From IMG/VR virus record IMGVR_UViG_3300003663_000013: a stretch of DNA of 64,000 nucleotides, one strand, 5' to 3'. Origin of the DNA: a virus. Every line of letters starts with the position of its first letter. The first letter of the stretch is position 1. Shown piece by piece: positions 44,822 to 54,349 of this stretch. Under the pieces are notes generated by a model. It ran no database searches and was not told the origin of the DNA. It saw only the letters and a list, made by a program, of their open reading frames with translations. The position numbers were made by a program, and so were the translations under genes.

Positions 44822-45330
44822 TGGCAATAGAAATCTATACTGATGGTAGTGCAGTAGCAAAAAGAAACAGTCCTAATCATGGAAAAGGAGGAATAGGAGT
44901 TGTATTCATTATAAACAGTGAACCTGTTCAAATGATAAGTAAAGGATATCGTCCTACTAAAATCGGAAGAATGGAACTTACAGCCATTTTAACAGCTTTA
45001 AGAGCATTAGATAAGAATCAGAAAGCAATCATATATTCAGACAGTAAATATGCTGTAAACTGCTTTAATGAAGGATGGTTGAAGAAGTGGGAAAGAAATT
45101 CATGGAGCGATAATATAAAGAATAAAGATATTTTACAGCCACTATTATCAGAATATAGAAAATTTCCACCAGGAAGTATTACTTTTAAGCACGTAAAAGG
45201 ACATAATGGAGATAAGTGGAATTCTGTATCCGACGAACTGGCTTCATATAAAAACTTTGAAGAATTTGAAAAAGACTTAGATGAAAGTGAATTTAAATCT
45301 GATATAGTGATATATAAACACGAAATTTAA
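44821..45330 (+). CDS. ribonuclease HI
   Basis: IYTDGS, ELTAILTAL, IYSDSKY and KGHNGDKWNSVSDELA motifs carry the DEDD pattern. ATG at 44821 is preferred to the track start at 44791. Confidence 0.8.
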   Translation: MAIEIYTDGSAVAKRNSPNHGKGGIGVVFIINSEPVQMISKGYRPTKIGRMELTAILTALRALDKNQKAIIYSDSKYAVNCFNEGWLKKWERNSWSDNIKNKDILQPLLSEYRKFPPGSITFKHVKGHNGDKWNSVSDELASYKNFEEFEKDLDESEFKSDIVIYKHEI

Positions 45331-45340
45331 ACAAAGAATT

Positions 45341-46093
45341 ATGGATAATTTAATGGAATTATTTTGTATGGACAATTTAGAATTGATGGCAGAAATACCA
45401 GATGACACCATTGATTTAATTTACTGTGATATACTTTACGGAACAGGTAGAAAGTTTAAAGACTACCAAGATTTGAAACCGATTAGAAGTGAAATTGAAA
45501 GCCATTACATACCACGAATAAAAGAAATGTACCGAATATTGAAAGATACTGGAAGTATTTATTTACAAATGGATACAAGGATAAATCATTGGATACGGTG
45601 TATTATGGATGATATTTTTGGGTATTCTAATTTTAAAAATGAAATTATCTGGGCATACAGAAGTGGTGGTAAAACAAAAAAAAAATTTAGTAATAAATAT
45701 GATACTATTTATTGGTATTCAAAAACAGAAAAATATACTTTTAATATTGAAGAGCTATACATTCCCAATAAAAACAAGGGTTCTTATAAAAAAATAAAAA
45801 ACGGAGTTGAATACAATTATGATAAATCTTTGCCTGTTGATTGGTGGGATGATTTACCTCCTATGTTGAGTAGTTTACACAAAGACTATGTTCATTATGC
45901 AACCCAAAAACCCAAAGCACTAATTGAACGAATAATAAAAGCAAGTAGTAATGAAGGCGATTTAGTAGCAGACTTTTACGCTGGGAGTTTTACAACAGCA
46001 GAAGTTTGTAAAGATTTAAACCGTAATTTTATTGGTTGCGACATTAACCCTAAAGGTGTTGAGATAGGTGAAAAAAGAATTAAAAACCCTTGA
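45341..46093 (+). CDS. beta-class N4/N6 DNA methyltransferase-like protein with degenerate catalytic motifs
   Basis: The C-terminal ATQKPKALIERII...DLVADFYAGSFTT matches the family. Motif IV reads CDILYG instead of (D/S)PPY, and motif I reads AGSFTT instead of GSGTT. Confidence 0.6.
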   Translation: MDNLMELFCMDNLELMAEIPDDTIDLIYCDILYGTGRKFKDYQDLKPIRSEIESHYIPRIKEMYRILKDTGSIYLQMDTRINHWIRCIMDDIFGYSNFKNEIIWAYRSGGKTKKKFSNKYDTIYWYSKTEKYTFNIEELYIPNKNKGSYKKIKNGVEYNYDKSLPVDWWDDLPPMLSSLHKDYVHYATQKPKALIERIIKASSNEGDLVADFYAGSFTTAEVCKDLNRNFIGCDINPKGVEIGEKRIKNP

Positions 46094-46148
46094 TTTTCTT
46101 TTATTATACCAAAAATTTTTATTAATTTTATTAAAATCAATTCTTTAT

Positions 46149-46475
46149 ATGGCTAAAAAATTTAAACTATTAATCCCCTTAACTACTACAGGAAGAAAAG
46201 GGATTACATTGGTAAAAGCAGAAAAAATTCCAACATTACAAGAATATTTACCAAAAGAAGATGAACTTTTGTTGAATTTAAAGGTTCAAAAAGGAAGAAT
46301 AGAGAGAGAATTAGAATACAATCCTATTGTAAGAAAACTACCAGTTGATAAATTTAATCAGGTAGAAAAAGAAATTCGTAAATTAAAATCAAATCATCAT
46401 TTTATTAAAAAATCTTTTGATATAGTAAATGACAGTGATTTGAATACACCATTGGTACAAATCGTTCAAGTTTAA
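46149..46475 (+). CDS. hypothetical protein
   Basis: The in-frame ATG at 46149 (MAKKFKL) is preferred to the track start at 46068, which overlaps the methyltransferase. Confidence 0.45.
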   Translation: MAKKFKLLIPLTTTGRKGITLVKAEKIPTLQEYLPKEDELLLNLKVQKGRIERELEYNPIVRKLPVDKFNQVEKEIRKLKSNHHFIKKSFDIVNDSDLNTPLVQIVQV

Positions 46476-46485
46476 AAAACATTAT

Positions 46486-48987
46486 ATGTATAGTAAAGAA
46501 GAAGTGTTTGAAAGTACATTAGAGTATTTTCAAGGCGATACTCTGGCAACTCAAGTTTGGATAAATAAATATTGTTTAAAAGACCAAGTAGGTAACTTAT
46601 TAGAATTAAATCCAAACGATATGCACATAAGACTTGCAAGTGAATTTGCAAGAATAGAATCAAAATATTCAAATCCTTTAAAAGAACGTGAGATATATAA
46701 TCTTTTAAAGGATTTTAAGTATATAATACCACAGGGTTCACCTATGGAAGGAATAGGTAACTACAACAAATTCAGCACGTTGAGTAATTGTTACGTTATT
46801 GATTCTCCAAGGGATTCCTATTCTGGGATTCTTACTACTGAAAGAGAGATGATTGAGTTATATAAAAGAAGAGGTGGGGTAGGTTTATCATTGGACACAT
46901 TAAGACCAAAAGATATGCCTACTTCTTCTGTTTCAGAAAAAAGTTCGGGTTTGGTATTATTTGGAGAACGTTATAGTAATACAACACGTGAAGTTGCACA
47001 AGATGGTCGTAGAGGAGCATTAATGGAAACTTGTAGAGTGGATCATCCAGATATTGAATATTTCATAGATGCTAAGATGGAACAAGGAAAAATATCTGGT
47101 GCAAATATGTCTGTGTTAATATCAGACGATTTTATGAATGCTGTTGAAAATAAAGAAGAATATAATTGTTATTGGAAAGGATTTGCAGGAGAAATAAACG
47201 AAAAGAAAGATGCTGAGAAAGTTTGGAATAAAATAATTCATAATGCTTGGCAATCAGCAGAACCAGGAGTAATATTTTGGGATACAGTATTGAGAGAGAG
47301 TATTCCGAGTTGTTATGGTGAAGAATGGAAAGAAAGGTCCACAAATCCCTGCTCAGAATTGCCTCTGTGTCAATATGATAGCTGTCGCTTGTTAGTTTTA
47401 AACTTATATAGTTATGTAGACAATCCATTTACTTCTGGTGCTAAATTTAATTTTAAATTATTTAGGCAGCACGTTGATTATGCACAAAGATTATTAGATG
47501 ATTTAATTGATCTTGAAATAGAAAAAATAGATAGAATTATTGAAAAAATAGAGAATGACGACGATAAAGACGACGATAAGACTATTGAACTTAACTTATG
47601 GAACAAGATCAAAAAGAAAGCAATAGAAGGTCGCAGGACAGGGTTAGGGATAACAGCAGAAGGTGATATGTTGGCAGCATTAGGATTAATTTATGGAACC
47701 GATGCAGCTACTAATTTTTCAGAAAACTTACATAAAATATTAGCTATTGAAAGCTATAAATCCTCCATTCAAATGGCTAAAGAACGTGGTTCTTTTCCTA
47801 TTTGGAATTACGATAAAGAAAAAAATAATCCATTTATAAAAAGAATAATAAAAGGAATGTCTTTAAGAGAAGACGAGCCAACTTATGAAATAGATGATTT
47901 ATTGGTAATAAGTGATTATAAACAATATGGTCGTAGGAATATAGCTAATTTAACCATTGCACCCACTGGAAGTGTTTCTATTCTTACTCAAACAACTTCA
48001 GGAATAGAACCAGTATTTAAAGTTTCCTATAAAAGAAGAAGAAAAGTAACAGAGAAAGATAAAGCCACATTTATAGATGAAGTGGGAGATATGTGGGAAG
48101 AATACAATGTATTTCATCATAAATTTATTGATTGGTACTATAAATCTAATTTAAATAGAGATTTAAGTAATTCTTATTTAAAAGAAAGATTTGAATGTGA
48201 GAAGTTTTTAAATCAATTATCTGATGAGGCATTGAATGAAATAATTAAAATATCTCCTTACTACAAAGCAACTTCAGAAGATGTAGATTATTTAGGTAAA
48301 GTAGAAATGCAAGGAAGAATACAGAAATGGATAGACCACTCTATTTCTGTAACAGTAAATATGCCTAAAGACGTAACGGAACAAATGGTTTCAGATGTAT
48401 ATATGAAAGCATATAAGACGGGTTGTAAGGGATTGACGGTATATAGAGATGGTTCACGTTCAGGGGTATTGGTTTCTAATGATAAGAAAGAAGAAGTGTT
48501 TCCAGAAGAAAGACCGAGAGAAGTAATGTGTGAAATAAATCATTTAACAATACAGGGAGTAAAATGGATTGTGTTGGTGGGTATTTTAAATAGTAAACCT
48601 TATGAAGTGTTTTGTTTAAGAGATCAAGAGATATTAAAAAAATACAAAACAGGTAGATTAATAAAAGTAAGAAGTAGAGTATATGATTTACAAGTTGATG
48701 ACGATGGAACCATTCATAATATAGTAGGAGAGTTTACTAATCCATTAGAAGGTGCTTTAACACGTCAAATAAGCTTAAATTTAAAACATACGCCATTAGA
48801 GGATATATACCTTCAATTACAAAAAGAAGGTAATATATCAGATTTTAATAAGGCTATTTCAAGGGTATTTAAAAAGTATTTGAAGGATAAGGATTTAAAA
48901 GCAAAATGTCCTGAATGTAAAAGTAATTTATCTATGGAAGGTGGTTGTATAATTTGTAAAAACTGTGGTTATAGTGAGTGCAATTAA
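46486..48987 (+). CDS. nrdJ: ribonucleotide reductase, class II (B12-dependent) type
   Basis: Active-site STNPCSELPL, and the length and domain order of NrdJ-type enzymes, with a C-terminal Cys-rich tail CPECKS...CIICKNCG. Confidence 0.7.
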   Translation: MYSKEEVFESTLEYFQGDTLATQVWINKYCLKDQVGNLLELNPNDMHIRLASEFARIESKYSNPLKEREIYNLLKDFKYIIPQGSPMEGIGNYNKFSTLSNCYVIDSPRDSYSGILTTEREMIELYKRRGGVGLSLDTLRPKDMPTSSVSEKSSGLVLFGERYSNTTREVAQDGRRGALMETCRVDHPDIEYFIDAKMEQGKISGANMSVLISDDFMNAVENKEEYNCYWKGFAGEINEKKDAEKVWNKIIHNAWQSAEPGVIFWDTVLRESIPSCYGEEWKERSTNPCSELPLCQYDSCRLLVLNLYSYVDNPFTSGAKFNFKLFRQHVDYAQRLLDDLIDLEIEKIDRIIEKIENDDDKDDDKTIELNLWNKIKKKAIEGRRTGLGITAEGDMLAALGLIYGTDAATNFSENLHKILAIESYKSSIQMAKERGSFPIWNYDKEKNNPFIKRIIKGMSLREDEPTYEIDDLLVISDYKQYGRRNIANLTIAPTGSVSILTQTTSGIEPVFKVSYKRRRKVTEKDKATFIDEVGDMWEEYNVFHHKFIDWYYKSNLNRDLSNSYLKERFECEKFLNQLSDEALNEIIKISPYYKATSEDVDYLGKVEMQGRIQKWIDHSISVTVNMPKDVTEQMVSDVYMKAYKTGCKGLTVYRDGSRSGVLVSNDKKEEVFPEERPREVMCEINHLTIQGVKWIVLVGILNSKPYEVFCLRDQEILKKYKTGRLIKVRSRVYDLQVDDDGTIHNIVGEFTNPLEGALTRQISLNLKHTPLEDIYLQLQKEGNISDFNKAISRVFKKYLKDKDLKAKCPECKSNLSMEGGCIICKNCGYSECN

Positions 48988-49029
48988 ATAATTTTTATTA
49001 TATTTATTTGAAAATAAAAAGTTAAGAGT

Positions 49030-49485
49030 ATGAAACAAATAAAATGTCCAGATTGCGGTTCAACTAAAATTTGTAAAGATGGTTTTTCAGAAAAAGGTGA
49101 ACAATATTATAGGTGCAATAATCCTGACTGTTCCAGAAAAAACTTTAAAGAGGGAAGTAAACCAATATTCGGTAATCTTAATAGTAAAAAAGAAGAGAAT
49201 AAGAATATGAGGCCTGTAAATAGTATTGGAATGTCATTACAAGAATTTAGAGAAAAAAATGATACAAAAGTAATAATTGAAAAAGGTTTATCTAAATTAG
49301 AAAAAGATAAATTATACAAAACAGAGGATTTTAAAATATTACTAGGGATTCCTAATAATTTCGGTACGAAAAAATTGTTAGAACTTGGAATGTTAGATAA
49401 TTACCATGGTAAGTGTCGTGGTGAATTATATTGGTCACATCCAGAGACTATTAAACAATTGAAATTTGAAGCACTATTAGTATAA
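49030..49485 (+). CDS. Zn-ribbon DNA-binding-like protein
   Basis: N-terminal CPDCGS...CNNPDC zinc ribbon. Confidence 0.45.
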   Translation: MKQIKCPDCGSTKICKDGFSEKGEQYYRCNNPDCSRKNFKEGSKPIFGNLNSKKEENKNMRPVNSIGMSLQEFREKNDTKVIIEKGLSKLEKDKLYKTEDFKILLGIPNNFGTKKLLELGMLDNYHGKCRGELYWSHPETIKQLKFEALLV

Positions 49486-49487
49486 TT

Positions 49488-50579
49488 ATGAGTGAAGGAA
49501 TAGATATTAATCAATTTAGGGCTGAACAAAACGAACAAGTACAAGAACTTGAACGTCAGCTCAAAGAAAAAGATCAGATACTTGAACAGTATAAAGCATC
49601 TAAAGGAAAATTAGATGTATTTTTTAAACAAGTATTAAATTCAATCTCTCCAATAGAACCATTCCCAAGTTTATTTGAAAAATTTTACAAAGAACATAAA
49701 TCAAAAAGTGAAGTAGTTGCAGTAAAACAAACTTCAGACGTTCATATGGGAGCCACTCAAGATGCTTATGAAGTGGAAGGGTTTAATAGTTTTAATCCAG
49801 AAATATGTAGAAATAGATCATTAGGATTTAGTCAATCCCACATTAATTATGTAAATGCAATGCGTAATGCATATAACATAAAACAGTTGCATTGGTTATT
49901 TACAGGAGATAATATTTCAGGAGACATTCACGATGAATTAAAGATCACTAATGCATTCCCATCTCCAGTACAAGTATATGAAGTAGCCAAGTTATTTGCA
50001 AAACAAATAGCCTTAACTGCTCCTAATTATGAAACAGTGGTAATAGATTTTATTACTGAAGACAATCATGCTAGATTAACGAAGAAACCACAAGCAAGTG
50101 AAGCAGGTATGAATAGTATGAATTATTTAGTGGGTGTTTTAACAAAAGAAATGGTTAGAAATATTCCTAATGTAACATTTAATATTCACGCTTTACATGA
50201 AAAGGTAATTCAAATATCTAATATTAAATACTTAGTAAAACACGGACATGGAACTAAAAGTTGGATGGGTATTCCTTGGTATGGAATAGAAAGAGCAGTA
50301 GGAAGAGAATCTACTTCAAGAATGCAACTAATACTAAGAGATTTAGAGAGATCAAAAGAAATAGGATTTAATAAGATCATTCACGGTCACTATCACGTTA
50401 ATTTTGATACTCCTATGTATGCTTGTTCTCCTTCAGTACAAGGAACAACAGCTTATGATCATCAAGCAGGTCGTTATGCAGAACCAGGACAAGTAGGTTG
50501 GTTGGTTCACCCTAAACACGGAGAATTTGCAAGAACAGTATTTAATTTGAATATATTTGACAACGAAAAGTTTGATTAA
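49488..50579 (+). CDS. calcineurin-like metallophosphoesterase
   Basis: Motifs DVHMG, GDNISGD, EDNHA, KHGHG and HGHYH. Confidence 0.6.
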   Translation: MSEGIDINQFRAEQNEQVQELERQLKEKDQILEQYKASKGKLDVFFKQVLNSISPIEPFPSLFEKFYKEHKSKSEVVAVKQTSDVHMGATQDAYEVEGFNSFNPEICRNRSLGFSQSHINYVNAMRNAYNIKQLHWLFTGDNISGDIHDELKITNAFPSPVQVYEVAKLFAKQIALTAPNYETVVIDFITEDNHARLTKKPQASEAGMNSMNYLVGVLTKEMVRNIPNVTFNIHALHEKVIQISNIKYLVKHGHGTKSWMGIPWYGIERAVGRESTSRMQLILRDLERSKEIGFNKIIHGHYHVNFDTPMYACSPSVQGTTAYDHQAGRYAEPGQVGWLVHPKHGEFARTVFNLNIFDNEKFD

Positions 50580-50722
50580 CTATAAATAAGACAATAAAAA
50601 TATAAACATTATAATAATAAAGTGGTTTAAAAAGAAAAAATAGAGATTGTTGTTTGTGTTTTCAAGGTTGTAGATTTTTTAAATCGCTATAGTCTGGGAA
50701 CATTCTAAATTTGAGATTTAAT

Positions 50723-51463
50723 ATGTTATATTGTGAAGATAATCTTTATACTATGAGTAATAGAATAAAAGATAATTCTATTAATTTGACAGTTACATCA
50801 CCCCCGTATAATGTTGATTTGGGTAATAATAAATATAATAAAAAAGGATATGATGTTTATGAAGATAATAAAGATTATAAAGATTATTTATTCTATTTAT
50901 ATAAGAGATTTAATTTATTATATCAAAAAACAGTTGATGGTGGTAGATGTTGTATAAATGTAGGTAATCAGAAAAATGGTAGAATTCCACTTGTAAACGA
51001 TATTATGAATATGATGTTGTTTATTGGATGGAAAGTGTATACTCAAATTGTATGGAATAAGAATCAATGTTCTCCAAGAACAGCATGGGGAAGTTTCAAT
51101 AGCCCATCTAGTCCATCCTTTCCAACTCCTTTTGAGTTTATACTTGTCTTTTCAAAAGGAGGATATAAATTGAAACATAAAGGGGTTTCTGATCTTAATA
51201 AAGAAGAGTTTATAAAATTTAGTCTTGCTCGTTGGGATATGTCGACAGCTAAAAAATCAATAACTAAACACCCAGCATCTTTTCCAGAAGAATTACCATA
51301 TAGATGTATTAAAATGTTTAGTTATATAGGTGATGTTATTTATGATCCTTTTGCTGGAATTGGGACAACTTTAACTGTTGGCAATATGTTAAATAGAAAA
51401 ACAATAGGTAGTGAAATAAGTGAAGTTTATTGTGATATTTATAATGAGAAATTAAAACAATAG
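50723..51463 (+). CDS. N4-cytosine/N6-adenine DNA methyltransferase (SPPY type)
   Basis: Motif IV TSPPYN and HPASFPEELPYRCI...DPFAGIGTT. ATG at 50723 is preferred to the TTG at 50711. Confidence 0.75.
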   Translation: MLYCEDNLYTMSNRIKDNSINLTVTSPPYNVDLGNNKYNKKGYDVYEDNKDYKDYLFYLYKRFNLLYQKTVDGGRCCINVGNQKNGRIPLVNDIMNMMLFIGWKVYTQIVWNKNQCSPRTAWGSFNSPSSPSFPTPFEFILVFSKGGYKLKHKGVSDLNKEEFIKFSLARWDMSTAKKSITKHPASFPEELPYRCIKMFSYIGDVIYDPFAGIGTTLTVGNMLNRKTIGSEISEVYCDIYNEKLKQ

Positions 51464-51468
51464 AGTGT

Positions 51469-51936
51469 ATGTTAAGAATAAACATAAAAAAAGAACATGA
51501 GAATTATATAGAACCTAAAAAGGCACACGAGACAGATGCTTGTTTTGATGTATATATTGCAGAAATAGAAAGAATAGCTAAAGGTTTGGTTGTTGTTAAT
51601 TTAGGATTTAGTACAGAAATACCAGAAGGATGGAAAGGGATAGTAGTTCCCAGAAGTAGTTTAACAAAAACAAATTGGGTAATTCAAAACTCTCCTGCTC
51701 AAATAGATAGTGATTATAGAGGAGTTTGGATGTTAAAAATGAGATGTATTCCTAGTTATATTAACAGTCAAATGAAACCTCCCACTTTATATTATGAAAG
51801 TTTCCCTTATCAAGTAGGGGAAAGAATTGGACAAATATATTTTGAAAAAGTAAATGATGTAGTATTATTGTCAGTAGAAGAAACTACTGAAACAGTGCGT
51901 GGAACAGGTGGCTTTGGAAGTACAGGAAATAAATAG
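51469..51936 (+). CDS. dut: dUTPase
   Basis: Canonical motifs TDACFDV, PRSS, IDSDYRG, RIGQ and RGTGGFGSTG. Confidence 0.8.
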   Translation: MLRINIKKEHENYIEPKKAHETDACFDVYIAEIERIAKGLVVVNLGFSTEIPEGWKGIVVPRSSLTKTNWVIQNSPAQIDSDYRGVWMLKMRCIPSYINSQMKPPTLYYESFPYQVGERIGQIYFEKVNDVVLLSVEETTETVRGTGGFGSTGNK

Positions 51937-51951
51937 TTGATTTTAATAAAA

Positions 51952-51982
51952 CCTATTTGAAAAATAATAGGCTTTATTTTTT
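51952..51982 (+). terminator. terminator candidate
   Basis: 6-bp stem CCTATT / AATAGG followed by CTTTATTTTTT. Confidence 0.4.
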
Positions 51983-52010
51983 GTTTTTAAAAATATAGTT
52001 TATATATTTA
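51980..52010 (+). promoter_or_regulatory. Bacteroidetes-type promoter
   Basis: TTTG at 51980-51983 and TATATTTA at 52003-52010 with a 19-nt spacer. Confidence 0.5.
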
Positions 52011-52050
52011 TATTGTTAAAAGAAATTGTAAAATATAAAAACAAAACATT

Positions 52051-52311
52051 ATGTCAGTAAGAGAATTAGAAAGCTTATTAAAGCAATCAGTAAGTATGTT
52101 AAGTGATATGAATTATATAATCACTATTGTAAACAACGAACCCATTATCCAAACTTATTTTGATTTAAGTGAAGGTCAACATTTCATAGATTATGATGAA
52201 AGTAATGATTTATATGTTGTTAATAGAAGAGTTGGAGATGGTGTTGGAGATAAGATAAGATTTGAGACAATAAAAGAAGCATTGAAGAGATTAGAGAAAT
52301 TAAACAAGTAA
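52051..52311 (+). CDS. hypothetical protein
   Basis: 86-aa ORF followed 5 nt later by GGCTAAC (52316-52322). Confidence 0.5.
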   Translation: MSVRELESLLKQSVSMLSDMNYIITIVNNEPIIQTYFDLSEGQHFIDYDESNDLYVVNRRVGDGVGDKIRFETIKEALKRLEKLNK

Positions 52312-52392
52312 ATGTGGCTAACGTTAAGGCATATAAACGCCATGCAACCGAATTATAATTAAAAAAGAATAATAATTAAATATTTTTGAGCG

Positions 52393-52623
52393 ATGGCAAA
52401 TACAAATGATTACGGAGGACAAGGATTAAATAGAGGTAGTTCTTTTCATATAAAAAAGCCACTTGGTGAAGGTGTGGTTTGGGGTGCGAAGGCTAAAAAA
52501 TGGCTTGTACGAATAAAAAAGAATGGAATAATATGCACAATGGGAGGATACACAGATAAGCAAATAGCAGAAAGACAATATGCCATTTGTGTGGTGGGTA
52601 AATGCACTACAACGGTACGGTAA
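52393..52623 (+). CDS. AP2-domain DNA-binding protein
   Basis: GVVWGAKAKKWLVRIKKNGIICTMGGYTDKQIAERQY fits the AP2/integrase DNA-binding domain pattern. Confidence 0.55.
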   Translation: MANTNDYGGQGLNRGSSFHIKKPLGEGVVWGAKAKKWLVRIKKNGIICTMGGYTDKQIAERQYAICVVGKCTTTVR

Positions 52624-52660
52624 TATGATTAGTTGCCATACTACGAACTTTGAAATTTAG

Positions 52661-52700
52661 TAATAACTTGACAGGCAATTAATTATATTGCTTGTTGTAA
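52661..52700 (+). repeat. attC-like site, short type
   Basis: Layout is TAATAAC, a 6-nt spacer, the stem GGCAAT / ATTGCT, then GTTGTAA (52694-52700). Confidence 0.4.
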
Positions 52701-52734
52701 AATCGTTAAATTATTATGGCAAAAAAAAGAAAAA

Positions 52735-52956
52735 ATGTTTATAGGAGATGATTGCCCAAATTGTGGATGTGGTTTAATTGTAACCACTACATGTGGGGAG
52801 GAAAATGATACAGAATTTGAACAATACTATTATGATGGTGATGAAGTTAGATGCGAAAACAATTGTGGATTTTTATCTACAGTGAGTATAAATGAAGATG
52901 GTGCATGTGCTTATATAGCAGATGGCAACTTAGATGAATTGGAGGAGTGCGAATAA
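52735..52956 (+). CDS. Cys-rich acidic small protein (cassette ORF)
   Basis: 73-aa ORF with CPNCGC...C...C...C. Confidence 0.5.
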   Translation: MFIGDDCPNCGCGLIVTTTCGEENDTEFEQYYYDGDEVRCENNCGFLSTVSINEDGACAYIADGNLDELEECE

Positions 52957-52965
52957 TTTTATGTT

Positions 52966-53098
52966 TTACAACGTATGGTGGTATGGTGTTGTAGCGGATT
53001 AGAAAGCACGAACATATCGAACTGTACGGAAGTAAATAGAAAGTAATGAACTTTGAATTAAACACAAAACCCGCTATGCATTATACCACGTGTTATCG
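52966..53098 (+). repeat. attC-like site (133 bp)
   Basis: TTACAAC (52966-52972) is the complement of GTTGTAA at 52694. A 5-nt spacer follows, then a 19-bp stem (52978-52997 with 53071-53089, one bulge), then GTTATCG (53092-53098). Confidence 0.55.
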
Positions 53099-53248
53099 GC
53101 TGATGTGGTTTAATTGCCTGAATTTCAATACGAACCACAAAACAGTTTTTATTTTTTTAGGGTAGGAAGAAAAATAATTGAAAAATGTTTTGGTTGTTTG
53201 AAACAAAAGTATTGCCTTTGACGTATAAATTAATAAAACGAATGAATT

Positions 53249-53692
53249 ATGAAAACATTTAAACTTCCATTTAGCGAAACCGAAATTGATGTAAATAACG
53301 AAGGTGTTATTACAAGAGTAAACGGATTTGACTTTATTTGTAACATTCTTGAAATGAAATTGTCTGAATATAGGTTGATGGACTTAGACAATAAAGGTTC
53401 ACATATGTTCCCATATTGGTTAGATATGTTCATTCAAGAAATAGGAACATCACTACCTGAAAATAATGATGATTTTGAAAAAATTGTTAGAACAAATTGG
53501 GAACAATGGAATACCGATGATGTTTTAATTGGTACTCAATTAGACCATTATCAATTTGGTGATGAACACATGGCACATGATATGAAAGATTATTATGGTG
53601 AATTACGTGCTAATGGTGATTTATTTCAAAGGAGATGGGATTTTGCTATTGCAGATATTGAAGTAAGAATTAAAAGTGAGCAATATGTCTAA
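53249..53692 (+). CDS. hypothetical protein
   Basis: 147-aa ORF with balanced composition. Confidence 0.55.
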   Translation: MKTFKLPFSETEIDVNNEGVITRVNGFDFICNILEMKLSEYRLMDLDNKGSHMFPYWLDMFIQEIGTSLPENNDDFEKIVRTNWEQWNTDDVLIGTQLDHYQFGDEHMAHDMKDYYGELRANGDLFQRRWDFAIADIEVRIKSEQYV

Positions 53693-53840
53693 GCGAATAT
53701 CACTAAAACTGACTGACGAGAATGATTGGTTGGTTGATAAACTAAACGAAGAAAAAGAAAAACAAAATAGACCAAGTTTTAATAATATGGCAGAGACTAT
53801 TTTGGTTGAGTATTTTGAAGAGCGTGGGCAAAAACAATGA
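53685..53840 (+). CDS. ribbon-helix-helix (CopG/Arc-like) DNA-binding protein
   Basis: 51-aa ORF (translated by eye). MSKRISLKLTDENDWLVDKL...NMAETILVEYF fits a beta-strand plus two helices. Confidence 0.45.
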   Translation: MSKRISLKLTDENDWLVDKLNEEKEKQNRPSFNNMAETILVEYFEERGQKQ

Positions 53841-54145
53841 TTATGATACTTAGTTTTGAAATTACAATGCCTAATGTCGGTAGCTGGAATGGCAAATGGA
53901 CTGGTGCTGAAAACCTTCACTTTGCTTTTAGAAATATGTCTAAAAAAGAAGTTGAAACTTTTATGGAAGGTAAGGAGCATAAGAATTTTTACTACAACTT
54001 TGGCGATGGTTGGGGAGCAAACGTTAAAGTAAAACCAATAGATGCCAAAACAAAAAATAAGATTCAGCGTAAAAATTCTGGATTTATGGGCTATGATTGG
54101 ATGATTGATAGCATATTTGAACACGGAAAGATTATTGTTGAGTGA
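53837..54145 (+). CDS. hypothetical protein flanked by 15-bp direct repeats
   Basis: 102-aa ORF. GAGCGTGGGCAAAAA occurs at 53820-53834 and again at 54144-54158. Confidence 0.55.
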   Translation: MIMILSFEITMPNVGSWNGKWTGAENLHFAFRNMSKKEVETFMEGKEHKNFYYNFGDGWGANVKVKPIDAKTKNKIQRKNSGFMGYDWMIDSIFEHGKIIVE

Positions 54146-54168
54146 GCGTGGGCAAAAAGTTCATACGA

Positions 54169-54202
54169 GCTACAGCGCATTATTTATATAATGAGTTGTA
54201 GC
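54169..54202 (+). repeat. attC-like site, minimal hairpin
   Basis: GCTACAGC, 18 nt, then GTTGTAGC, giving an 8-bp stem with one G-T pair. Confidence 0.4.
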
Positions 54203-54216
54203 ATCGTTTAAATGTG

Positions 54217-54339
54217 CTACAACGTTAAGTATATGGCAAGTAGCCGAACACGAATGATGAACAAAGATATAAATATTAATAACCAGCAGATAGTTTCTAA
54301 AACGCCTAACACGGCTATTTGCTATATACATTGTTAGGC
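54217..54339 (+). repeat. attC-like site (123 bp), ORF-less cassette, homologue of 2604-2726
   Basis: CTACAAC (54217-54223) is the complement of GTTGTAG at 54195. A 5-nt spacer follows, then an 18-bp stem (54229-54246 with 54312-54329), ATT, then GTTAGGC (54333-54339). Confidence 0.6.
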
Positions 54340-54349
54340 ACAGTTAATT

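Noticed and set aside
52393-52639. 7-bp complementarity ATGGCAA (52393) / TTGCCAT (52633) bracketing the AP2 gene, and TGGCAAC at 52923.
   Set aside because: It is too short, and it lacks the spacer-and-stem geometry seen at the other sites. It could easily arise by chance.
53621-54124. 167-aa minus-strand ORF, the longest antisense ORF in the track.
   Set aside because: It is Phe/Ser/Ile/Cys-rich with low-complexity composition. It lies antisense to two well-formed + strand genes (the RHH protein and 53837..54145). Every convincing gene in the window is on the + strand. The same reasoning applies to all other minus-strand ORFs listed, for example 951..1160, 15029..15379, 16599..16886, 47132..47428 and 57212..57487.
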